Assembly: GCA_024626585.2 (NCBI GenBank)
Contig: JANKJI020000004.1
Location: 40,949,826 to 40,975,152, forward strand
Source of the DNA: Ginkgo biloba
Lineage: Eukaryota > Plantae > Ginkgophyta
Direction: 5' to 3'
Length of the DNA stretch: 25,327 nucleotides
Shown here: positions 11,768 to 21,726 of the stretch, one piece after another
Numbering within the stretch: position 1 is the first letter of the stretch
Layout: every line of letters begins with the position of its first letter
Made by a program: the position numbers and the translations under genes
Notes under the pieces: generated by a model
The model's input: the letters and a program-made list of their open reading frames with translations, nothing else
The model's database searches: none
Told to the model about the DNA's origin: nothing

Positions 11768-13176
11768 TCATCTAAGTCAAAGTTAAATGATAATTATTGG
11801 CTTTAACTTAATAGTGGTAATAAAGATAACAATCTTAAGAAAAGGCATAAGATCACTTTAACAATAATCCATGGTTGACCATTAGGTCTAGGACCAAAAT
11901 TATCAATGGGATATAGGGGGTAGGCCCCTTGTTGAGGTTTAAGTGATGAAGTGCTTAGCAAGGTTCGGGCTCTATAGCCTAAGTGACTATATGCCCAATT
12001 TACACCATGTAGTCCTGTTTTTTCATTAAGGAGAAAACTCTATTGGAAGAAATTTGAAAATAGTAAAGGAGTTTACGAAATGTAACAAGCTCCAACACAA
12101 ACTCAAACAAACAATCATATTCAAGCATATTGTCTAATATCGTGACAAATGTTAAAGTAGAAAGCTAGAGTGTTCCAGAAGATAGATATAATAAAGTATT
12201 ATAATCCAATAGTAGATTACTAAAAGCTTGCCTCTATAAGATGGACAAAATGACTAAACTTTAATAAAAGCTTAAGTTGTGTTAGAGCAAAGTGCAAAAC
12301 TCAAAGAAAGATATAAAATTACATAAAACTCTAACAAATAACAAAGGCCTACAATAAAACATAAAGTTGCACTAGATCAACCAAATGAGAGTAACTCTGA
12401 CAAATCAACAGTGTAAAGTAAAGTATAGAAGTTAGAGAAGGATATAAAATTATATAACACTTCTAAAAATAACAAAAGCTTGTAACATGGATAGATCAAC
12501 AATTAAGATTGGTCGAAGAAGATCACCAACATACAGGAAAGTGCTAAAAATTGGAGAAGGATGAAAAATGAATATGCTCCAAAAAATAACAAAAGGCATT
12601 AGTGTTATATTAGGGTACTTAGCTTTCTATGCTCTAACTCAACATCCATGTCAACTTCTTACCATACCACAAACATCCACATTGTCTAAGCTTTAACTAA
12701 GAATATGAATCGAGCTATTTGGGTAGTTGTCTCGAAAGATATAGATGGAAGCATTATAAAAACTCACTAGAACTTAAAAGTAGGGAGTTGGCAAGTGTGA
12801 AGAGGGTATACAATCTTTATAGGAGAGACGTAAGAGAAGACTGTGTTAATAGAGGTCGAAGATAATTGTCTTTTTCCTTCATTCTTCTTCTTCAAGCTTT
12901 AAGCTTGAGATTCTAGTTTGCAATTAAAGTTAATCCTCATATGATATAACACTTTTGTGCACTCTAATAATTATTCCTATTTTGAGGGATATTAAGCCCC
13001 ATAAAATTGTGGGCTTTGATTCCACTTTTAAGCTTTGGGTAAATCTCTATAAAGCACGTCATTCACTTTTCTTTAATAAGCATAATCTTTTATATGTGAT
13101 CACAAGGTATGAATATAAANNNNNNNNNNGTTGCTCTAAAATTGTTTCCTCTACACATATTACGGGTTTCTGATAA
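11768..13176 (+). repeat. 3' LTR, family B (~1.4 kb; right end approximate)
   Basis: Starts TCATCTAAGTCAAAG (decayed TGATCT) after the PPT. Both ends match upstream LTR pieces at 7821-7982 and 9551-10009. Confidence 0.7.
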
Positions 13177-13476
13177 ACTCGAATGCAAGTCCCCTAATGG
13201 TTGTGTTAGCATCCTCCCTCTCTTTAATACTAATATTGCCTCAATAGTTTTAAGTGGACCTCCCTTAAGCACGTGAATAGTTTCGTTATGAATTGGCAAG
13301 TGCATGTTAGTGAGCTACATGAGAATCTAATCCTTTGGTGGTATGTTCTCTTGTGTATTTTTTGCTTGTGCTACTANNNNNNNNNNNNNNNNNNNNNNNN
13401 NNNNNNNNNNNNNNNNNNNNNNNNNNNNNNNNNNNNNNNNNNNNNNNNNNNNNNNNNNNNNNNNNNNNNNNNNNNN

Positions 13477-14733
13477 CCTTGCACTGCTAGAGCTTATTTT
13501 GAGTCCCCTTCTTGCTTATGACTTGGTGTTATTTGTAGAGTTTGTCTCCTAGTTGAAAGAGATGTTGAAGAAAGTACATGAATGGGCTCAAAAGTGGGGG
13601 ACAACTTGTGGAATTGATAAGTGTAAAGTTGGAAGAGTTATTAATTGGCGAGGATAAAATTGGTGTTTGCGATAATTATAAGTATCTAGGGCTAGAAATA
13701 GACTTTAAGCTCTTAGTGGAAAGAATGATTAAGGAGAGAGAAACTACACGTAGAAAGGATTAATTTGGTATGACACATTTCTTGGTAGATTAAAGAATCC
13801 TCACTTGGTATAAGGTCCTTGCATTCAAATCTTTGGTTCATCCTTGTTTGACCTTTAGAGGAGAGATTATTGGCATGAATGATCAAAGTAAGCAACAACC
13901 TTTGTAGAAAGTAGTGGTGGAGGGTATAAAGTGGATGGTGGGGAAGTCAACCAATTTTTCTACTATTGGTGTAACAGTTTTGCACTGAGATCTCAATGTC
14001 TGTTCGATTGTAGTGTTCAATGCAAGTGAAAGAGCTTGAGGGTTTTTCAAGTATAGTGGCTTAAAGACTTGGATGAAAGACCTAGTTNNNNNNNNNNNNN
14101 NNNTTATAGAGTTGGGGAGAAGTGGAGTTGGGTCTATCACACTAAAAAGTGGGTTATGAAGCATGTTCCTCACTATCAGAACCATGGTGTCTTAGTTTGA
14201 GAGGTTATGGGAAGCTTCGGAGTTTAAGCGTTCTATAGAGGCATTGGATTTTTACAAAGAGTTTAAGCTAGTAGAATCTAGAGATATTTTTAATAAAGTG
14301 ATGAGATATGAAGATGTGGCTCTAAAAAATGTCTGCTTACTGCATTTGGCTAGGTTAAGTGCCGTCTTTTAGTTAAGAGAGCTATTAGGTTGGGTGTAGT
14401 TGACCATGGGATTGGTACTAGATGTCCACTTTGTAATGAAGAAGGAGGTGATTCTCTTTTCATGTTTTATTTCAATGCCTAAGCCTGGTTCAAATTTAGA
14501 GTAGGATTGCAGGTTTGGAGGGTCTTGTATCGAAGCTTTGATTAACCATTACTATCATTAATGACATGTCCCAACTCGTGTTACTCCTTAGTGGGGAGAT
14601 TGGTGGGAGGCTTTTCAATTGGTAAAGGGGCCGATCGTAATGGAGGAGAATTGTAGGCTTTGTGCATGTAGTGAACCTCCTTGCTGAGGTCATCCCCCTA
14701 TATAAGCAAGCCTTAAAGGATTGGGAAGTGTAA
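13477..14733 (+). pseudogene. LINE ORF2 remnant: RT C-terminal half plus CCHC zinc finger
   Basis: LLAYDLVLFVEFVS*LKEMLKKVHEWAQKWGTTCGIDKCKV (decayed [F/Y]ADD at 13511-13522); IGVCDNYKYLGLEIDFKL; YKVLAFKSLVHPCLTFRGEIIG; KYSGLKTWMKDLV; KWSWVYHTKKWV; RCPLCNEEGGDSL/HVLFQC (one frameshift); LLLSGE; GFVHVVNLLAEVIP. TAA at 14731-14733. Confidence 0.85.
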
Positions 14734-14890
14734 GAGGATGGTTTAGTTGAGCCTAGAGGAGGGGGCCCTTGAGAAGTGATACCACCATTGAACCAATGCC
14801 TGAAAGGGCAGGGTCAACCTTTCATCAAGGCACACAATGGTTAGGGTAATGGGCATTTACTATGGCAAGAGTGCTAATAACTTAACAACT
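13477..14890 (+). mobile_element. Non-LTR retrotransposon (LINE) 3' fragment, left side lost in gap
   Basis: Decayed ORF2 with RT palm and thumb motifs and a C-terminal CCHC finger, then a short 3' region with a stem-loop and an A/C/T-rich tail-like stretch near 14875-14890. Confidence 0.8.
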
Positions 14891-15080
14891 AGCAAGTAGA
14901 GTGCATCATTCAAGAACTGAGAGTGAATCCCTATGGAGTTAAATGAGGAATTCTAACTATGCTAGCTACGAGCTTGTCTTGATTTGCTATTCAAACCTTT
15001 AGAAAATTCCCTTTCATTAAGACCAAGGACTTAAATCCATGTCCGATGCATATCCTCCTAACAACGCTATAACGCAGGAA

Positions 15081-15276
15081 CCTAATAAACTTAAGGCATG
15101 TATTTGAACATTGAAACTCATCAACTCAAAATAAAAAAATGTGACATAAGCCTAAAAATTTACATCCACCTTAGAATTCCAATGAAAGAAGCAATTGACT
15201 CTTTAAAAGTTCCTAATAAACTTAAAGCATGCATTTGAACATTGAAACTACCGAACTCAAAATTAAAAAATTGTGA
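15081..15276. repeat. Diverged tandem repeat, period 131 bp, second unit cut by gap
   Basis: CCTAATAAACTTAA.GCATG.ATTTGAACATTGAAACT...AACTCAAAAT...TGTGA occurs at 15081 and 15212. Confidence 0.85.
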
Positions 15277-15987
15277 NNNNNNNNNNNNNNNNNNNNNNNN
15301 NNNNNNNNNNNNNNNNNNNNNNNNNNNNNNNNNNNNNNNNNNNNNNNNNNNNNNNNNNNNNNNNNNNNNNNNNNNNTAGATGGGAAATTAGATGCAGTAG
15401 GAAAACTCACCAAAGTATTGATGCTTTAGTTATGAAGTGAAAAAATTGCATGTAAGAGTTGAGTTGGTAAGGACACAATATAAATCTCATTATGAGTGTG
15501 TGTGTAGAAGGTAAGGACACAATCCCTAGTAGGAAAAATGGAGTGACTAAGATATATTGAACTAGAATCTTGCAAATGACTAGGATAATACATCTTGGTT
15601 AAGCAAGGAGAGATTTTCACATGTAAACTTTGAGCAACGAAAAGTTAATTTAGATATTTCCCATTAGCACAACATGGTATCATATAAGGGTATAATGGCC
15701 AAAGTAAAAAATAAATAAACCTTAGGTCAAAAGTAGGTCTAAAAAAGGGGTGGAAGATCCTTAAGTAAATCAATCCCTCGAAAGGTGAAGACTTGCACAT
15801 GAATTATGAGAAAGGAACCATAGAGAATAGAAAATAAAGTTCCATAAAAAAATCACACTAGATTTAATATATTTTCAACTTATCGCTTAATTCCATAATT
15901 AGAGGGCTATTATGTGGAAGGAATTAAAAGAAGCAATATAATGCAACTTATCTTAGTTTTGAAAATTTTTGTAACTTAACTATCAAT

Positions 15988-18294
15988 TGTTGCCAAATAC
16001 ATGGAAGTCTTCTTTGCCACTACCATGGAAATTGCACGTCGTTGAGTTAAAACCCAAAGTCAATATTGAAGTACCCAAAACAAATATGACCCTTGCAAGA
16101 AAGCAACTGCTCCATTCAAGAGCTACTCATACCTCCTATTTGATGCAGGAGGGAATCCGACGACGCGGTTTGCGAGTCTAGACAGACCTCTGTTTACTAT
16201 CTGAGTCCGACTGATGACGTTGGTGGTAGCAAAAGACGTCGGTGGTCGGTTTCTGCCAAACCGACATTGACAAGGGTCCACCGGCACCGATGCTGTCGGT
16301 GACCTCCGAACACTGCATTGTCGCCTCATCGCCCTCCAGGATCTCTTCGACAACTTACCCATCGATGACGTCGGCGAAGGTCAACTTCGACCTGTCGGTG
16401 TTAAGCCCACTGACAACCCCACAGGCAATCACACTTAAAAACATAAAATGCTTATTTTTCTTTGTTAAAGAAAGACTATTTGCACACAATAATTTGGAGT
16501 GCACAGATGGACGACACAAGACATTTTTAACTTGAGAAACCCTCTTGGGGAATAAAACTCTAGGTCGATTAACAAATTCACAATTACATAAAGTACAAGC
16601 CCTCAATGCCAAATCCTCACTACTAGAGGTGATTACATGCATTCACTACTGCCAATCAATGAATAGGCCACTGCCTTCACACCCACAAACTGCCTCACTG
16701 TCAACAGTCTGTTCAGAGTCTGCCTTCCTCGACTTCGACAACAAATTCCTTCAACGCCTCAACCTCAACCTTCAAATACTGGATGGAATTCCCTTCGACC
16801 ACCTGAGCTGCCTCAAAATCGACAGTCTGCCCAGCCTTTTCCCACAGTTCGCTCTCTCGAGTCTTCCGGACATGCCTTCCACTGATGCTCAGTCACATAG
16901 TGCATTTGTCCTCATTATTGGGCACTCAACTTTGCTTGATTGCGGCTCTCTATGTGTCTACAACTCTTCTTGGTCGTCACACTCTACTCGATTCTCACAA
17001 GCAATGCCTTCCACGGCTCCCACAACTGACGTTCTCAGTCGCCACACAATTTTGGCAGCATTTCCCCTCTTATCCTTGCTTGCTCCTCTAATTCTCTTCT
17101 GTGTGCATCAATTTATAGATGCGCTTTGAGAGCTTCCACGGCCATGGCTCCAACAATTTCCTCCACGTCCAACGGACAGGTTAGGTGAGATTGAACTTGC
17201 AACGATCTCCTAGCATAAATTCTCTGCAACGGCTTCCTCGATCTTCACCTTCTTTGCTTTCAACAGTTCTCTCACAGTCGCCTGGTAGCTGAGCATTAAA
17301 TTCTGCTACGTGCGAGCAACGTCCATCTGCGAGCCATTCACCTTGTCTTCTTGCTCACATTTCCGTTCAAAGACTTCATTCCAGTTATATTTGTAATTTA
17401 AATTATTTTAAGTCACCTTGCCTGACGTCGGCCTCCAACGCAACTCATCCAACAAGGTTCTTCTTGCTTCATGTCGGTTCTCCTTATAAACTCACCAATG
17501 AGATCAGTCTTCAACATAGATCCACCGACGATGTCGGCCAGCCCTTATCTCTTCGCCGACGAATATCGANNNNNNNNNNNNNNNNNNNNNNNNNNNNNNN
17601 NNNNNNNNNNNNNNNNNNNNNNNNNNNNNNNNNNNNNNNNNNNNNNNNNNNNNNNNNNNNNNNNNNNNNTTCTCCTTCGTGCGAACAACGTTCACCTGCG
17701 CGCCATTCATCTTGGCTTCTCGCTTACAGTTCCGTTCAGTGACTTAATTGAAAATAAGTCAATTTATATTTATGCTTTAAATTGCTTTAAGTCATCTCTC
17801 CTGACGTCGGCCTCCAACGCAACTCATCCGACATAGTTTAAAATTTGGCTTTATACTTTAATTTCAAGAACCTTAAGTTCTGTGGTTGGGTCGATGTCTG
17901 TCCTCGACTTATGTCTGCCAAACTCATGTCGGTCTTCATTGTCATCCCGCCAACCATATTGGTTCACAATTAGCCTCCCAGATCATGTCAGTTTTCTTCT
18001 GCCATGTCGGTGTCTGCCACTGACGAATGTCGACTAACAACGACACATCTTCACCGACAATGTTGGTTCGCCTTATTTTTCCGTCGACGATGTCGGTAAC
18101 CTTGTTCCTCCACCGATGCATGTCGGTCTGGACTCCATCCGACGCATGTCGGTCTGCAAAAATAAGCATATTTTCGCCAAAACACTCATATTTCCGCTAA
18201 GTAGATAATACTTCGTCACCCTTAGGCCAAAATGGTCATGCTGTCGGGGTGCCACCCGGATGCTCCTGCATCACCATTCCCGTCAACCCCTACA
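15988..18294 (-). mobile_element. CpG-rich solo-LTR-like insert (possibly two copies joined at the 17570-17669 gap)
   Basis: Abrupt GC/CpG-rich block. On the minus strand it starts TGTAGGGG (18294) and ends GGCAACA (15988), with TATA-like TCTATAAAT at 17119-17111. No PBS or PPT outside the termini, no clean TSD, no recognisable protein. Confidence 0.6.
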
Positions 18295-21280
18295 ATAATT
18301 GGCTTGAGAGACACAGGAGGAATGTCTAAAGAAAGGATTGTCTAAGTGTCACCAACCATACTAATCTTGCATCCATAATAAAGTGCAAACATGGGGCCCT
18401 CACAAACCAACATTGAACAATGTCGACGTCTCAAAAATTGAAATTAACCAACACAAATTAAATTGTATCCACTTAAAAGGGACAATTCAAGGGTGTGACA
18501 TTATTATACTCCTAGACTTGGGATGCGTGCAAAATTTTAAATTCACAAACGTCATCAACATGTGAACCCATTCATGGTAGAAGTCGCCAATGGGAAATCT
18601 ATGAGTGTGACTCCTTTATTCTTAAAGTCACATCTTAAATAGATGATTACCGTGATCGATACAACTTTGAAATGATGCCATTAAGTAAGCACAATGCAAT
18701 CCTTCAATACAAATGGGTATACGATCACAATCCCCACATAAGATGTTAAAAAACACACTCAAATGGATATCAAAGGGAAGATATTTAAATTATAAGATAA
18801 CTTATATCTCCCAACACGAGCACTTATTTTAACTATCCAAGTTGCCTAGCAAGTATGACGAGGAGGTGGTTGTACTACAATCCTTGTCAGACTTATAGAA
18901 GAAACAAATGTTCTAGGGGCCCAAATCCACGTCAATCAATTCCTTAGCACATATAACAACTTGTTGTAAGATGAAATACTAGCTTCATTACCACCTAAAT
19001 GTCTAGGTGACCATGCCATCCAACTAGAACGGGGATCAAAACTAGTCTTACGACCTTGTATGGAACCCCTATCAAATACGTTGTTGAACTTGAAAAGCGC
19101 CTACAAGACCATATCGTCAAGAAATACATTTGACCTAGCACTAACATGTTTGGCTTCCTTTTTGTGATGTTAAAAAAGAAAGATGACTCAATACGATTGT
19201 GTTGATTATAGAGCTCTTTATAAAATCATAATTAATAATTGATATTTGCTACCTTGTATTGAAGATCTCGTCGATTGACTTGAAGGAGATAAACTTTTTT
19301 CAAAAATCGACCTTTGAAGTGGTTATCACCAAATCAAAACAAATGAAGGGGACAAATATATGACAACACTTTGCATGATTACGGTCATTATGAATACTTG
19401 GTAATGTTGTTCAGCCTCATCAATGCACTAGCAACATTCATGACCCTCATGAATGACTTATTTCGTTGTTACCTGGATAAATTTGAAAATCATCTCCACA
19501 CCCATCCAAAGAAATTTGAGTGTTTCAAAACCAAAGTACCATACCTCAGACACATCATATTGACTTATGATATTATTGTTGACCCTAAAAAATTGAAGCT
19601 ATCATACGATGGGCAAAATCCAAAACAATACATGGCATTTGTGCCTTCTTAGGTTAGTTGGCTTTTGGTGCAAATTTACCAAATATTTTGCTAGAATATT
19701 TGCCCCTTTGAGCAACTTGCTTAAGAATGACACACCATTCAAATGAATTGATAAAGCAGAATAAAACCTAAAAATGGCCCTCACCATTACCCCAGTCCTC
19801 ACCCTCCCAAAACTTGAGAAACCATATGAAGTGATGACAAGTGCCTCCGATAAAACAATCAGAGCAGTATTAATGTATGATGAACACTCAGTTGCTTATT
19901 TTAGTCATTCAATGAATCAAGCCAAGCATAACTACTATATCTATGACAGTGAATTCTTGGCGTCAAAGGAAGCACCTTGTCATTGACAACACTACCTAGA
20001 AGGTGTCTATGTCATAGTAGAGACTAATAACCAATCACTGTAGCATTTATTTTCAAAATAAAGCATTGATAAGTGTCACATAAAATGAATGGGATTCCTT
20101 GCCATCTTTCATTGCTTCCCAATCATCCATGTTCTAGGAACAAAAATTCAAGTTGTTGGTGTCTTTAGTAGAAAAGTAGAAGTATTTGCCATCTCTATAG
20201 CAAGCCTCGATTATTTTGAGAAGATCAAATATTCATACCCTAATGACCTTGACTATGCAAAACCGTACTTAAGCCTCAACAATCACAAAAGAATGACCCA
20301 TGAATCTCAATCTAGACACATTATGACCTCAATCATGATCTCCTATACTTTAAAGATCGACTCTACATTCCTTGCAACAAAGACTTACAACACTTAATTT
20401 TCCAATGCCATGATTTGCTAGTAGCTCATTGGAGTTTATAAGATATATCTCCTCAGTACATGCACTTTCTATTGGTGAAAAATAAAAATAGATAGTGAAC
20501 GTTACATCAAGCCTACCTCCAATGCTAGTGCAATAAAGTCAAAGGCAAGCATCGTGCAAGACTTCTCCAGTCCTTTTATATCCCCCACGAATGTTGGGAG
20601 AGCATAACTTATCGTCATAAAATGTCTATATGAAATGGCCCATTTCATATCTAACAAAATTTGTCGACACAGAGAATCTATTGTCAGCAATGAAGACCTC
20701 TCATACATTATCTCACATTGATACAAAGTAACCTACTCTCTTCACCCTAAATTATAACCTTGATATATGGACCTTTCAAAATTTATTCAGGAAAACTTTC
20801 CCATAAGTTATATTCTCCAACTACCACTTCACTAGGGAAAAGTGCATCCAACCTTCCATACCTCTTGGTGTAAACATTACCCCACTCAACAAACACCTCA
20901 CTATTTGATGCCACAAATGATCTCGTACCAACCTTTCTTGAAGAAAACAAGGGTTTACTAGCAATTGCCGCAAACATTATTCAAATGAATAAAAACCTTA
21001 TGCAATAGAAATTTTAGAGAATACCTTGTCAAGTGGGAGGGATCTCCACTAGAGGAGGCCACTTTGGCATTATGAACAAGAACTCAAGGCACATTTGACC
21101 CTACTCTTATACTTCCTCGATGAAACCAAGCAATGAGGCATTGCTCTCAAAACTAAGGGAGTACGTGATGAAATAATTGAGCAAGGGTTAAGTACTAGTT
21201 GCTTGGTTCAACAGTTCACGTCATGCCCCCATGATTGGGCTTGACCTTTTGCTCACTTATATATATTTACACTGAACATG
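18295..21280 (+). mobile_element. Degenerate chromodomain-containing Ty3/gypsy element (chromovirus type), 5' truncated
   Basis: Domain order is gag knuckle, PR, RT, RH, IN, CHD, then a purine-rich AAGGGAG and an LTR start TGATGAAATAATTGAGC at ~21166. Confidence 0.9.
18316..21066 (+). pseudogene. pol: gag-end/pol polyprotein remnant (PR, RT, RNase H, partial IN, chromodomain)
   Basis: EECLKKGLSKCHQP (knuckle); IILLDLGCVQNF (protease, D at 18515); DHAIQL; DYRAL; FSKIDL*SGYHQI; GHYEYLVMLFSLINALATF; PVLTLPKLEKPYEVMTSASD..VAYFS; DRLYIP; YGPFKI..VHPTFH; REYLVKWEGSPLEEAT (21016-21063). Confidence 0.92.
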
Positions 21281-21547
21281 NNNNNNNNNNNNNNNNNNNN
21301 NNNNNNNNNNNNNNNNNNNNNNNNNNNNNNNNNNNNNNNNNNNNNNNNNNNNNNNNNNNNNNNNNNNNNNNNNNNNNNNNNNNNNNNNNNNNNNNNNNNN
21401 NNNNNNNNNNNNNNNNNNNNNNNNNNNNNNNNNNNNNNNNNNNNNNNNNNNNNNNNNNNNNNNNNNNNNNNNNNNNNNNNNNNNNNNNNNNNNNNNNNNN
21501 NNNNNNNNNNNNNNNNNNNNNTAGGTATCCTCTGGCGGTATCCTAAA

Positions 21548-21726
21548 GCCAATTGGCATACCAAACAAAAACTCTAGGCACATTTGGACCTACTCCAAAA
21601 CTTCCTTGACCACATCAAGCAATGAGGGCCTTGCTCTCAGAAGTAGGGAAGTCTGAAATAATTGAGCAAGGGTTAAGTAACAAGTGCTTAGTTAAAGAGT
21701 TTTGGTCATGCCTCCATGATTGGACA
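21548..21726 (+). repeat. Second diverged copy of the chromovirus 3' end, PPT and LTR start
   Basis: Aligns with 21058-21240 (AGGCACATTTG, AAGCAATGAGG, TTGCTCTCA, TGAAATAATTGAGCAAGGGTTAAGTA, CCATGATTGG). Confidence 0.85.

Larger units (their letters stand above)
7821..13176 (+). mobile_element. Degenerate Ty3/gypsy element, family B (interrupted and probably composite; boundaries approximate)
   Basis: Order is LTR pieces, PBS, gag, a 100-N gap, integrase C-terminus with a GPY/F-type motif, PPT, 3' LTR. Confidence 0.7.

Noticed and set aside
15466-15523. Perfect 14-bp direct repeat GGTAAGGACACAAT with a 30-bp spacer
   Set aside because: Only two copies, shorter than CRISPR repeats, in a eukaryotic TE context; most likely a small local duplication.
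15906-15987. AIMWKELKEAI as upstream gag of the chromovirus interrupted by the solo LTR
   Set aside because: A single short motif that would not be contiguous with the zinc knuckle at 18316, and no TSD links the two flanks.
16545-17129. 194-aa ORF and neighbouring ORFs in the GC-rich block
   Set aside because: No recognisable domain, Ser/Leu-rich composition and overlapping ORFs on both strands; explained by the lower stop frequency in GC-richer LTR sequence.
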